Assembly (NCBI GenBank): GCA_963765895.1 | Contig: CAVXZB010000088.1 | Span: 32,001 to 96,000, forward strand | Source: an uncultured Nitrososphaeraceae archaeon | GTDB lineage: Archaea > Thermoproteota > Nitrososphaeria > Nitrososphaerales > Nitrososphaeraceae | Direction: 5' to 3' | DNA: 64,000 nt | Shown: positions 1 to 11,110 of the stretch, piece by piece | Numbering within the stretch: position 1 is the first letter of the stretch | Layout of the letters: each line of letters begins with the position of its first letter | Made by a program: the position numbers and the translations under genes | The notes under the pieces: model-generated | The model's database searches: none | Told to the model about the DNA's origin: nothing | What the model saw: only the letters and a program-made list of their open reading frames with translations

Positions 1-152
1 ACTTTGCCCTCAAGTTCATCCGCAGTCTTTTTATGAGAGCCATCACAAAATGGTTGATTGCCACTAAGGCCGCACATACATATCCACTTGCTCATATTGC
101 CTAATTTGACCTCCATTGGACCCTTATCTTCTTTTCTGATTAATCTAGCCAC
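1..152 (-). CDS. CDGSH iron-sulfur domain protein (3' end runs off window)
   Basis: Manual translation from GTG at 152: MARLIRKEDKGPMEVKLGNMSKWICMCGLSGNQPFCDGSHKKTADELEGK; contains the C-x-C-x2-S-x3-P-x-CDGSH motif. Not in ORF track. Confidence 0.9.
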   Translation of the reverse strand, partial: MARLIRKEDKGPMEVKLGNMSKWICMCGLSGNQPFCDGSHKKTADELEGK

Positions 153-620
153 ACTAAGACAAATGGCATACTATATTATAAATGGTTAGAAGACATTTTC
201 GGTGAACCTTAAATCGAAGGTTGATGCTCATTAATACTCATCTATTAATTCATGAGTGACATCTATCTCTATCGTTAGAACATCTTAGTACTATTTGTAG
301 TAACACGTCCTGCGAAAGTCTAGACTGATCCTCACATGGATTCAGGATCGATATGAGCTTTTATATCGTTAGCAGATGGATTCAGACATTAGATAAAAAT
401 GAAATGTATGAATGATTATACAACCTCCTCCAATATTCCAAATCGTGTACAACCGACAATACCAATCTTTGTAAATATGCCGCTTTGGAATCATGACTTC
501 AATTACCTCTCAGCTAATTAGGACTGATTATCTGCAATATGCTCAAACGCAATTCTCATCATGATGAATTTCTAGAGAGAGGTGTAAGAGTATATATACA
601 AAACGTAAACAAACTAGTAT

Positions 621-827
621 ATGTTAAGCAACAACGATGATTTTTGTGAAGTCAATGGTTGTAGCTCGCTTGCAGAAGGGTTTAGAATTTCTGTTAGAGG
701 ACTAGGTGGGGGATTTCATGATATGAAGCTTTGTGTTAAGCACAAGCAATTGTTTATTGATGAGCTAGTCAAATGGATAATGACTGAAGGGGTCAATCTA
801 TATAAAAGTAAAGTAGTTATGGAATAA
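621..827 (+). CDS. Small hypothetical protein, possible C-x4-C...C-x2-H zinc finger
   Basis: FCEVNGC...LCVKH; TATA-like TATATATA ~25-30 bp upstream. Confidence 0.55.
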   Translation: MLSNNDDFCEVNGCSSLAEGFRISVRGLGGGFHDMKLCVKHKQLFIDELVKWIMTEGVNLYKSKVVME

Positions 828-1170
828 AAGTAGAATGATTTGTTAGACTCTTTAAAAAGAGATTTGATGCCGCAGACAAGGAAGAGTCAGGCAAGTCCAT
901 CAGCAAAGACCTTCTTACTGAACCAATCAATCATTAGCTAGACCATTGATTAAATATAAAACATTTTATGATTCTATCAAGAGTGCACTCTATTGGACTA
1001 GTTGAATACTGAGAGCCACAATTTAACTTGTTCTTCGAATTAAACTTATTATTTCGATTTTATAAAGTCTATCTTCTCCGTAAATCTTAACACATTTGTA
1101 GTACATTGACATCTATGCTTGGTTACTGTTTGAGTAATGATTTAAATCACCTAGTGATGAAGAGCTTTTT

Positions 1171-1287
1171 ATGGCCGAAGCCGAAAGAGAAGAGATAAAG
1201 GACGAAACTCACGCGCTAGAGGACGATGAACAGGATGAGGAACATAGTGATGACGAGGAAGAATCTAGTGATGCAGACACAGATTAG
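1171..1287 (+). CDS. 38-aa highly acidic micro-protein
   Basis: Manual translation MAEAEREEIKDETHALEDDEQDEEHSDDEEESSDADTD*; TTTAAAT at 1141-1147 upstream. Confidence 0.5.
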   Translation: MAEAEREEIKDETHALEDDEQDEEHSDDEEESSDADTD

Positions 1288-1711
1288 TTGGCTGGCAGAT
1301 TCCAAAATTATAGTACTATCGCTTGTACAGTTAACCAAGATCTCGTTTTATACGTCGCCTACTCTTCGTCTAGTTTATGTCTAGGGGCAATCGAATTTCC
1401 TTGTGATGAATTAAATATAATGACTCGTGGTCTAGGGTTCGACGTAATTTTGTGATTCTAACCAAATTATATTCCTAGTAATGAATTTACTAAATCTATC
1501 TATCTATCCATCTCCCAATATAAGAGAATATATCAGGTGGTCGAAGAAAAAATTTCGTAATGTAAAGTGCATAAGGAGTGGCTTCATATGATGCTGCTGG
1601 TCCGAGCTGAAACGAATCAAAGTTCGAGAAGACATCCTAAATTGATAATTTAGCAGAACAAAACATACCAAATGAGGAAGATACATAATCTAGATTTATG
1701 AAATTCAACCT

Positions 1712-1938
1712 ATGAGATCGTATGACTCAGGTAAATCTCTATCAATTATTGGAGTACTTACGTTGGTTTCGTGTATGATTTTTCTCCTTCAGAGTAAATC
1801 CGTTGTTGGCCCAGCTCATCCTTTATGTACCGTAACCCAGAATGGACAGAAAATGGATCTATCATAATTGTGATGGGCGTAATTGTCTTTGCGATTGGAC
1901 TTCTAATGAATTACTCCAGGGCAGACCGCAAAGCCTAA
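1712..1938 (+). pseudogene. Small two-TM membrane protein with one frameshift near 1812 (probable sequencing error)
   Basis: MRSYDSGKSLSIIGVLTLVSCMIFLLQSKSVVGP / SSFMYRNPEWTENGSIIIVMGVIVFAIGLLMNYSRADRKA*; one missing base joins two hydrophobic segments. Confidence 0.6.
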
Positions 1939-2157
1939 AACAAACTAAAATTCCACTCATGAACTGAGATATTGTAACGTCTTAATCCCCCGTAACGAAA
2001 TCAGAATAAGTTCGACATGAAAGCAGGGAACATAACAAATAACTATAGAGGGAAGATTAATTTGAATCAGCAATTCAACCCAATATCTGGTCGGTACAAA
2101 TCATTCAGCAAGGGCCACTTTGTTCTATGATTCTAGGCCTGATTTCTTTATACTAGA

Positions 2158-2436
2158 ATGAAGATTTTAATCATGGATAGTCACTTTGGAAAATCTGAGA
2201 GAAGAATAATAATGATGACAACGCTAGTAATGTTACATTTGAAACTCGATTTGACTGTAAATCTAGGAGACGGTTACATTTATGAATCTGCATATTTCGG
2301 CTCAAAGCCATTCAAAGTAAATATTCAAGAAGCACTGGAGAATAAGCTAATTCTTCCAAGTGAATTACAAATAGAATCAAATCTGGGCTATGTTTTGTTT
2401 GAGACTGAGAAAAAAAGAAGTAAGAGTGCAATGTAA
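2158..2436 (+). CDS. Hypothetical protein
   Basis: 92-aa ORF, no recognisable motif. Confidence 0.3.
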   Translation: MKILIMDSHFGKSERRIIMMTTLVMLHLKLDLTVNLGDGYIYESAYFGSKPFKVNIQEALENKLILPSELQIESNLGYVLFETEKKRSKSAM

Positions 2437-3182
2437 GATTATAGATGAGGCTACTGATACGATCTTGTTATATACTGATATTCAAACGCTAATGAACTTG
2501 ACAAAAGATCTCCCGACTACTATGATGGTAACCGATGAGGTAAGCATTTAATATCAAAACATAAGAGAATATCTCGAACTTCATCTAGCCAGACCATCCT
2601 ATGCTGAAGACAATCTTCTATTTCTATCGGCATATTATCTGATATAGCACTTGCTGATTTATACGAATCGTTATCGACGTAAGCACGATGAAATCTGCAC
2701 GTTCATTTAGGTACTCGTCTAGCAAGGTAGGAGGGTGTATCCCATTACCCCTTAACTTTAATGATATAGAAATGCGTGTCCTGAATTAACGCACTTTACC
2801 ATTTTTGTCATCATTATGATCAGTATCAATAATCTCCAGTACCTATAGAATGTGGCATTCCACTAGTTTTCAGTTTTATCACTATACTTAACCTAATACT
2901 ATTGATAATATTGGCATAAACTGCATGTAATTGGTTAAAATACCCTAAGATCCTCTATAGTATCATACAGTTAACTTGAGCAATAAACATGGGGTTTCAT
3001 ACATGATTTGCTGCAATATCAACTTAGATATCCTTGTCTAAAAAGGTTATATTCCTTTCACATTGGGTCGTAATGGTATGTTGAGTCAGAGATATATGAT
3101 CGTCCTCTGTATAATCTAGGATCAGTTTAGGCATTTGTTACTAATCCTAGATATATTGTGTAGAGTTAATTTAGTTACTTAT

Positions 3183-4343
3183 CTAAAATAGCCAATTCTT
3201 AACTCTTGTCTCTTCGAATTCGAGTTTCTTTCTATATGATTCTCTTGAAGGAGGGTGGAGTTGTGTATTTGGATCTTCACTATAAAGGTCTACTTCAATA
3301 TATCCTGCTTCGTTACTACCCACCTCCATAAAACAAAAGCCCTTTCCATCAAATTTAGAATTAGTCTTAGTATTTGTAATTTGATCAATAATTTCTTGAG
3401 CCACCACCTTTGCCTGAGCTTCTGCAAATATGCCTGCTTTAGGGATTGTAACCATCCCTCCTAAGACGATTTCTGTTACATCGCCAATAGCAAAGACATT
3501 ATCATATATGGTTTTTAGAGTAAATTTATCAACTCTAATCCAATCCCCGTCTTTTGTAATATCACACTTTCTGATCACTGTAGGTACTTTATGTGGTGGA
3601 GTCACTATTAGCAAATCAAACTTCTCATTATTTCCATTTTCGAACTTAACCATATCGTTACTCATTACTTTTTTAACTTTGTGTAATGGATGAAAATTGA
3701 TATTATTCGTATTAAGCAACCTAACAAGTCGTTGGCTAACATCAGGTCCTGCTACCGGTAACGCAAGTGCAGACGGCGCGTAGAAATCTATATCAATTTG
3801 ATCTCTTGTTCCATTTTTAACTAACAGATCATTGATTAGCATCGAAGCTTCATATGGCGCAGGAGGGCATTTATAGGGAATATCAGCGATACAGATCGCT
3901 ATGTTCCCTTTATTTAATGAAAGTATTTTTTGTCGTAGCTCCGGAATATGCTGAGCGTCATACAGATTAAATCCTCCATGTTCTATGAATCCGTCGATTT
4001 TTTCTGGTGCAAGGTCTGATCCAAGAGATATTATCAAATAGTCATAATCAAATTTGCCCCTAAATTTAGTTGAAATGCTACTTTGAGTAAAATTAATTCC
4101 AACAATTTCATCATTTATGAATTCGATACCTTTGTTTAATAAGTTCGCTAAAGGAATAAACGAGTCTTGCAATTTTCTAGTACCATACAAAATCCACAAA
4201 TTCACAAGACCCATCATAAAAGACTTATTTTTATCAATAACTGTGATCTCATGCACATTGGATAGATTTTTACGCAAAATATTTGCTGCGGTCAAACCTC
4301 CAAAACCCGCTCCGAGAATCAAAATCCGTTTGATTTGTTCCAT
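3183..4343 (-). CDS. Sulfide:quinone oxidoreductase-like FAD-dependent oxidoreductase
   Basis: GAGFGG Rossmann motif, YDYLIISLG, KCPPAPYE, VFAIGD, PKAG, CFME; start taken at MEQIKR. Confidence 0.85.
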   Translation of the reverse strand: MEQIKRILILGAGFGGLTAANILRKNLSNVHEITVIDKNKSFMMGLVNLWILYGTRKLQDSFIPLANLLNKGIEFINDEIVGINFTQSSISTKFRGKFDYDYLIISLGSDLAPEKIDGFIEHGGFNLYDAQHIPELRQKILSLNKGNIAICIADIPYKCPPAPYEASMLINDLLVKNGTRDQIDIDFYAPSALALPVAGPDVSQRLVRLLNTNNINFHPLHKVKKVMSNDMVKFENGNNEKFDLLIVTPPHKVPTVIRKCDITKDGDWIRVDKFTLKTIYDNVFAIGDVTEIVLGGMVTIPKAGIFAEAQAKVVAQEIIDQITNTKTNSKFDGKGFCFMEVGSNEAGYIEVDLYSEDPNTQLHPPSRESYRKKLEFEETRVKNWLF

Positions 4344-5073
4344 CAAAGATATCCAGATCTCAAATTGATGGTAAATAAGGATTATCACGAAAAGTTGTCG
4401 TCGTGTTTGCTTTACACTACTTTACTGATATATCAACGAATACCGACTACATTAATTTGAGATAATTCATATCCTCCATAAATTTTCTTTATTCGGCGAA
4501 GGAGATTACGAAATGTATTTGTGATTGATCCTAAAGAACTTAAACCATTAGATATTGGCTTTTACATTCTTTTCATTCTACACTCATTAAGTTATGCTAC
4601 TAAATTTGCTGCAATGTAATGTAGGAATCCAGAAGCCTGTAATTCTTTCAAGATTCTGATAGGGTGATCCTATATTCGACTGTATTGCGACTTATACTGA
4701 ATATTGAGCCGGAAGTACCTGTGACTTCATTATGATGTGTGGATATGTACTTTATGGTCACCATCTTGGGCCTAGTTACCAACCGCGGCACCTCGATACC
4801 ACAAGCCTTAATTCTTCTGGAGAAACTACATGATTGACTCTATCTCGATTAGTCCAGGATTTTCTAACGACATGAATTTTTCATGTATATCTAATGGATG
4901 AACAGTTGCGTCAACAGGCATCGAGTGTTGCGATAGAATGGCTTTGGATATTAGTTTTTATGATGCTTAATTACAGAATCATAGTAGTATAATAAATATT
5001 GACCACGAACTCGAACATTTTTTCATTATGCGCATATAGTCTCAACCAGGGGGAGCTATAGTACAAAACGTAA

Positions 5074-5412
5074 ATGGATAAAAATAATAAGGATATTGAA
5101 CAGCGATCTTCGTTTGAGGAAACAAACACCCATATTGGAAGCTGCGGTAGCGCACATATTGATGATCCACACAGCGCTATTCTAGTGGATAGATGGTCCG
5201 AAATATATAATTCAAAAGCTCTCGCAAAGACCAATGAAGGCATATTGTGTGGCAACGTAGTAGCTGAGTATAATGATAATATAGTATTGATAGATTTTGC
5301 TGCTTCGAATTTGCAAGAATATCTAGTTCCAAAATCAATAATCGAACGGTACGATGGCGAATATTTGTATTTGACTATTTCTCACAATGTATTAATGTCA
5401 TACGGATATTAG
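5074..5412 (+). CDS. Hypothetical protein, PRC-barrel-like C-terminal domain
   Basis: GNVVAEY...EYLVPKSIIERYDGEYLYL pattern resembles PRC-barrel-like proteins. Confidence 0.55.
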   Translation: MDKNNKDIEQRSSFEETNTHIGSCGSAHIDDPHSAILVDRWSEIYNSKALAKTNEGILCGNVVAEYNDNIVLIDFAASNLQEYLVPKSIIERYDGEYLYLTISHNVLMSYGY

Positions 5413-5981
5413 TCTCGAGCAATTTGAACCAAATCTATGGACATATAGACAAAGAATACGCTTCATAATTCAAAACTGGTTTTTAGTATATCGGATAGAG
5501 GAAATCAGTAACAATGTCCCCAGCCGTTATTTGAAACTAAGTATATTAGAGTGGTCTAAGGATCGGTTTGCCTTGTCGCGGGATGATAAGACTGTCTCTG
5601 TAGTTGAATTTTGTAAAAGTTATCACACAACCTAGTGGTAAAATATAGAGATGATACCTAATAAAAAAATGTTAGTATTATTCCAAAGGGCTTGCTTAAG
5701 ACTTTAATAATTTACGGTGTAGAAAGGGAAATTGAAGTTTGCGATGAATGTGAACAAGATTATCTTTTAGTTGATCGTAGATGTGATTGCGGGAAGATAT
5801 TGTGTACCGCTTGTTACGTATGGCACAAAGAGAGTATCGGAGGTACTGAATCTAAGTAAAGAGCACTATACTTTTCGTCTTGTTCAAAATTTATTCAACA
5901 TATCTATTTCAGTTTGTTTGGGAAACGTAGATAACATTGTATATAATAACCTTATAAGATATTCCTCATCTTCCTAATAGT

Positions 5982-6500
5982 ATGGAACGAGGATATAAGG
6001 AAAAAAGAAAATCTGTGGCAATATTACTTGCTACCCTTCTTGGTATATCGCTAATTCTGTGGAATATACCTGAGCATCGTTTGGCCAATGCTCAAAGTAA
6101 TTACCCATTATTAATTCATGGGGGCGGCAGAGGTACAATTGTTTGTGTCGATGGTTCAACCGTACAAGCTGATATATCATTTATAATTTCATCATCAAAG
6201 AACCAAGGCAATGTTACCGGCAATTGGACACTTAACGATTTTAGTGACCCTTTTCTATCAGGTTCAGTTGTAACTGGGGGTTCAATATACAGTGGCTATG
6301 CAAATTTATCACAATATAACATAACCGGAGAAACTCATAATCTCAAGGAAAAAATAAGGCTCTGTAACCCCGCCCTCTTCGCACCAATATCTATGGTGGG
6401 AGTGTGCGGATACAATGTCATTATTGATGTGGGATTAAAGACTGATGAATTATTCGATGTTGTGAATCCATTCTATGGAGATGTGGTTTGCCAGCGATAG
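5982..6500 (+). CDS. Exported hypothetical protein
   Basis: Basic N-terminus plus hydrophobic helix and ANA/QS cleavage-like site; four Cys in mature part. Confidence 0.75.
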   Translation: MERGYKEKRKSVAILLATLLGISLILWNIPEHRLANAQSNYPLLIHGGGRGTIVCVDGSTVQADISFIISSSKNQGNVTGNWTLNDFSDPFLSGSVVTGGSIYSGYANLSQYNITGETHNLKEKIRLCNPALFAPISMVGVCGYNVIIDVGLKTDELFDVVNPFYGDVVCQR

Positions 6501-6738
6501 TGCTTAGAGTCGAGATTCGGTGAATTGTAATTGTAAAACTATAACCTAGGTGAGTTTGAATGCACAGACAAATGGTAACATAATCACGCAATATATCTAG
6601 CCAGTAAATTGTAAGTGTGAAGAAGTAGATAACATTGATTGGATAGATTGGTTAGACCATAAAGCCAATCGTTGGTCCGGACAGGGTCAAATAATGCTTC
6701 TTCCCCTAGATGCACTGACCTACGAAGAACATGGGACG

Positions 6739-7578
6739 TCATTGATATGTGCTCGGTTCTATAGGTTTAAAGTCAATGACACCACTTATGTCCAATAAAT
6801 CAATCTCATTAGCCATCTCCTTAGCTTCGTCAGCTTCTTCGTTATACTTATCCATACATTTGTTATAGAATTTACACCATGGACATTTGCTAGCCCTCTT
6901 GGATTCAGCAAGTTTCGGTAGGATAGAAACGTCATTTTGTCGCAATGCTTTCAGAAAAAGGTTTTTGCGTCTTACCATTTCGTTTTTAAGAATTTCTCTT
7001 GAAATATCTCCTTTGGGGATAGATACAGACCAGCTTTCAATTCCCGGTTCCTTGCCATTGCGTGGTTTGAAGTAATAGTCGCCCTCAGAATCACTTCTTA
7101 CCCATCTGAATTCTTTGCTATTATATCTGATTGAAAGTATGCCTTTCTCGGTACCTGTTATTACTAAATAATATAGTAGTTGTCTCAAATAGGATCTAAA
7201 CCTCTCGTCAGTTATATCCAAACGCTTTCCGCTAAGTGTATCTTTTAGCTCAATAATTACTTCGTCGCTAAGCATAACATCTGGATGTGCTATTATTCCA
7301 TCAGTCTCTATTTCAGGCTGCGCAATCCCAATATTCGCAAGATTGGTAATGACAAATTCGCTGGCCTCTCCCCGTACAAAATGATTGATGGAATCACTAG
7401 AAATGGGATCCATTTCTGGATATCTTCGTGAATAAAACTGTTTTCTAATACAGGTAGTTGGTATAATATCTGAAACGTGCACTTTTTCATCAACTCGTCG
7501 TCTTTCTTCATACCTTAGCCTCAGGTTTGTGTCAAGTAGATCGGTAAACTCCTTATTTCTTCGAATGGTGATGGTCAT
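6739..7578 (-). CDS. Solo Cas4-like PD-(D/E)XK nuclease with Fe-S staple
   Basis: HVSDI..CIRKQFY, HPD, IIELKD, QLLYY, C-terminal CPWCKFYNKC (four-Cys Fe-S pattern). Confidence 0.85.
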   Translation of the reverse strand: MTITIRRNKEFTDLLDTNLRLRYEERRRVDEKVHVSDIIPTTCIRKQFYSRRYPEMDPISSDSINHFVRGEASEFVITNLANIGIAQPEIETDGIIAHPDVMLSDEVIIELKDTLSGKRLDITDERFRSYLRQLLYYLVITGTEKGILSIRYNSKEFRWVRSDSEGDYYFKPRNGKEPGIESWSVSIPKGDISREILKNEMVRRKNLFLKALRQNDVSILPKLAESKRASKCPWCKFYNKCMDKYNEEADEAKEMANEIDLLDISGVIDFKPIEPSTYQ

Positions 7579-8009
7579 ATATTTAAAAGCCTTCTTGTAC
7601 TTTCTATGTTCGAGTGAGATCGTGCTAATTTCGAATCTTTCGTTGATACTACAGATATAGTATGCATTATTATTATCTATCTCTATGCATATTTCTGTGT
7701 AAGGTTATCGGGTGTTGCCTAATATAGTTTACTTGTGACGACTGTAAAGGATATTAAGCCCCTAAAATTGGATATCTTCTCAAATAGCCGTAATTAGTGC
7801 TAGGCGTCAACATGTATCATTTTTGACATTTATTTAAATTTTAAACAATAAATAGATGATCTTGGTCTATTATCTGAAAAAATATCCACCGTGGATTAAA
7901 ATATCGAATTGATTCTGTTCTACTTTGTTATTCATATTTGTACGCGAATTAGTCCTTGTGTGGCATAAAAAATGTTATATTATTAGTATTTCGTAAGTCA
8001 TTATATCAT

Positions 8010-8327
8010 ATGCAATATCATAAAGCTGCTTTTCTTGGTTCAGAAAGGTCAAAAAAAGCCCAAATGAAATTGTTTGATTATACCGGATTCGCTATGTTAA
8101 CCTACACAATCAAACACACCAACAATAATTTTGAACCAGTGGGCGAAGAAATGTTTATCGGAAAAATGGTCAGGGGAGAGGAGACAATGCTATTTATATG
8201 TGATGAAGATGGCTATGCAAAAGCTCAGTCGAAGCCTTTGCCAATCATTAGAGGAGAAGAAATATATAAAAAAATAATAAAGGATGGAATTTCCGAATTT
8301 ATTGGTGATATCAAGACTGTCACTTGA
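8010..8327 (+). CDS. Uncharacterised protein, paralog of 58265-58588
   Basis: Start at MQYH; aligns over its full length with 58265-58588 (MQY, G..R...AQ, EPVG.E, ICD..G.AK..S). Confidence 0.8.
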   Translation: MQYHKAAFLGSERSKKAQMKLFDYTGFAMLTYTIKHTNNNFEPVGEEMFIGKMVRGEETMLFICDEDGYAKAQSKPLPIIRGEEIYKKIIKDGISEFIGDIKTVT

Positions 8328-9033
8328 TAACTGTGATTTCCGTACCGACTTCATTTTCAGGTTCGATAGCATGTCGGATATTAGCGATATCTGCCTTTAA
8401 GATTCTGGTCGGAATTTTCGACCGTTCTATTACTTTGAGTGCAACAATGTCCATAAGATCGTATGTACCGGCCATAGAACTCTCGTTCTCGAGAAGCCGC
8501 ATACATTGCTGAACCGTAATCTTCTTAAGGAGTTTCGCATTGCTCGTTATGTTGGGATCGGAGTCATAGATCCCATCGACATCGGTAGCATTCAGAAATT
8601 TTGAGGCCCTTACAATTTCAGCAATCAATGCTGATGTGGCATTAGTACTTTGTCCTGGGTGCAGACCCCCTGTTATTACTATTTTCCCACTTTCCGCGGC
8701 CAAGACAACTTCTCCTAAATCCTTTGGTATCTTTGGATATGCCTTTTCTCGCAGCGCGGTTAACAACAGCCTTGCATTAAGCCTCGAAATATCGATCCCC
8801 ATAATATCTAAACTTGCCTCGTCTGAACCCAAGGCCCTTGCGAGATCAATATAATGTCGAGCAATCTTTCCACCTCCGGAAATTACGACTAGTTGAATTT
8901 CATTATCAATAGAGCAAAGCATGTCAGCGTATTCTTTAATCACGCTCTCACTAGTATTTTGACCAAAAATGCTACCACTCAGTTTAATAACTATTCGGTC
9001 CTTGATTTTGGATTTTAGAAAATGGTCATCCAT
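8320..9033 (-). CDS. pyrH: UMP kinase
   Basis: IVIKLSGS, GGGKIARHY, GGLHPGQSTNA, ATDVDGIYDSDP. Confidence 0.95.
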   Translation of the reverse strand: MDDHFLKSKIKDRIVIKLSGSIFGQNTSESVIKEYADMLCSIDNEIQLVVISGGGKIARHYIDLARALGSDEASLDIMGIDISRLNARLLLTALREKAYPKIPKDLGEVVLAAESGKIVITGGLHPGQSTNATSALIAEIVRASKFLNATDVDGIYDSDPNITSNAKLLKKITVQQCMRLLENESSMAGTYDLMDIVALKVIERSKIPTRILKADIANIRHAIEPENEVGTEITVIK

Positions 9034-10276
9034 GTTCCGATCTTTCTCTCTCAATTACCCTACTAATACACTTCTCAACTGGATTTCTACTTTCCGCCGT
9101 TGTATACACCCTTAACATATTTAGAAAACCTGTTATGGAGTCAATTATTGGTATCTCAGTAACTGGAATTTCGTACGTCCGTTTTCTATCAGAGAGGATC
9201 ACAGAGCTAATCTCCTTTTTGTTTGGGGTCAGCGGCATTGATGATGCCCTTGATGAATCCACAAAGACTGAAGATCCGCTAACACCTGCCTCCTCAGCTA
9301 TTCTTAAGCCTAGGTCGTTTAACGTGTCTCTATTAATTTTTTTGAACGTTGGATCATGTCTATGAAGGAACCTCTCATATACACATTTTAAGAGTCTTCT
9401 GGATCTATAGTCGATTGCAAGCTTTGAGGCAATTTCATTCTGATGTTTAAGTGAAATAATTCTCTCAAGTACATTCTCGTCTGTCAGTTCTAAAAATTTC
9501 TCCAACGAAATATCTGTTAAATTTAGCTGATCATCAGCGAGTAACATTGAATGTAAAAGCATGACTTCTGCAGATCTTACCGTCTTATGAAAATAAACTG
9601 CCTTGAACATTTCGTATCTGGAAATTAACATTGATTCAAAGGAATACAGAGCTGACCTATCTAACGCCAAATGGTTCTTAGTCACTACCCGAAATGAGGT
9701 AACCAGTCTATGATAGTCAATATTCCCATACTCGGTCCCGGTGAACATGCCGTCTCTAGGCAAATAGTCCATTATATCGGCAGATAAGCTTCCTGCGATG
9801 ATTTCGTTAAGAAATTTTATTTTTGACTGGCCGCATGACAGATTTGAAATCGTTGACGGATCATGACCATATCTAGAGATGATGTCGCTGATTTCACTTT
9901 TCAATATGATTTCTTTTCCGATATCTTCGTGATTTTTCCTATTTTTTTCATTCAAGACTTCTTCAAATAAATGAGAAAATGGCCCGTGACCTATGTCGTG
10001 TAGTAACGCGGCCAGTCTGAGTTCTTGTATTTCTTCTTCACTTTCCAGATAACCTTTTGATAAGAGAGTTTCTCCTGCATATCCTGCTATATGCATCGTT
10101 CCAAGAGAGTGCTCGAAGCGAGAGTGTTGTGCACTTGGATATATCAGATGCGCACCAGCAAGTTGTCTAATTCTCCTCAGTCTCTGGAACATCTGGTTAT
10201 CCAGGATATCGTGTTCAGCCTTTGTAAACCGAATATGCTTGTGTATGGGGTCAGTTATTTCTCCAACGAATTTCAT
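9026..10276 (-). CDS. HD-domain phosphohydrolase (SAMHD1/YdhJ-like dNTP triphosphohydrolase family)
   Basis: DPIH, FQRLRRIRQL, HSRFEHSLG, LLHDIGHGPFSH, DIMDYLPRD, VYFHK. Confidence 0.9.
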   Translation of the reverse strand: MKFVGEITDPIHKHIRFTKAEHDILDNQMFQRLRRIRQLAGAHLIYPSAQHSRFEHSLGTMHIAGYAGETLLSKGYLESEEEIQELRLAALLHDIGHGPFSHLFEEVLNEKNRKNHEDIGKEIILKSEISDIISRYGHDPSTISNLSCGQSKIKFLNEIIAGSLSADIMDYLPRDGMFTGTEYGNIDYHRLVTSFRVVTKNHLALDRSALYSFESMLISRYEMFKAVYFHKTVRSAEVMLLHSMLLADDQLNLTDISLEKFLELTDENVLERIISLKHQNEIASKLAIDYRSRRLLKCVYERFLHRHDPTFKKINRDTLNDLGLRIAEEAGVSGSSVFVDSSRASSMPLTPNKKEISSVILSDRKRTYEIPVTEIPIIDSITGFLNMLRVYTTAESRNPVEKCISRVIERERSEHG

Positions 10277-10290
10277 GATTATTATGGTAA

Positions 10291-10902
10291 TTAATTTTGT
10301 AATACTTCGTTTACGAGTTTCAGCACATCCTTGTGGACATGCTTTATACTTCTTTCTCCGTTAATTTCCTTCCATTTAAATAATTTTGCGAGCTTATGGT
10401 AATTCTCATGTACTCTATACAATAACTCTTGATCCTTCTCAAATAAATCGTGATTGGTGACCGGCCTTTCTTGTAATATGAATGGTTTCGCATTGAGAAT
10501 TATAACTAAATCTTCCCTTGGGATCCCTTGATCCAAGTTTTGTAACCATCTGAGGTCGAGGCCATTAGATATTCCGTAAACTAGGTTAGATTGGTAATAC
10601 CTGTTCATAATCAAAATCGTACCCTTATCTCTGGCGATCTCTATTTCCTTCTTCTTTTCCCAGCGGTTAGCAGAAAGTAGCATATGTTTTACTTCATTAG
10701 GATAGTCGCGTTTGCGATCTAAGAAGGCATGGATTTCCAAGCCTATTGGCGTGTTATAATCAGGAAAATTTAGTATTGAACAATTCTTACCGGATTGTTT
10801 CAGGTGTTTCATGAGCATTTTGGATTGTGTTGTTTTCCCAACTTTATCTGTTCCTTCAATTACTATAATCCTCCCGTCCTTCAATAAGAAATTCCGAAGC
10901 AT
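10291..10902 (-). CDS. tmk: Thymidylate kinase
   Basis: IEGTDKVGKTTQ P-loop, FPDY, ANRWE, NRYYQSNLVYG. Confidence 0.93.
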   Translation of the reverse strand: MLRNFLLKDGRIIVIEGTDKVGKTTQSKMLMKHLKQSGKNCSILNFPDYNTPIGLEIHAFLDRKRDYPNEVKHMLLSANRWEKKKEIEIARDKGTILIMNRYYQSNLVYGISNGLDLRWLQNLDQGIPREDLVIILNAKPFILQERPVTNHDLFEKDQELLYRVHENYHKLAKLFKWKEINGERSIKHVHKDVLKLVNEVLQN

Positions 10903-11110
10903 GCCTGAATAAAAGCCTAGTGAGAACCGACATCTAACAATCGCATGAAATTCTTAAAGCATGCAATCACCATGTCAAACTTAGAAATGATTAGACAAGT
11001 TACAAGAGGGAAGTTGTAGAGATCATGCATCTTTCAACACTTTGATACTATTGAGAGGAAATTATACTAAATCAACACTTAAATCTTGATGAGATCAATG
11101 TTAATTCAGA

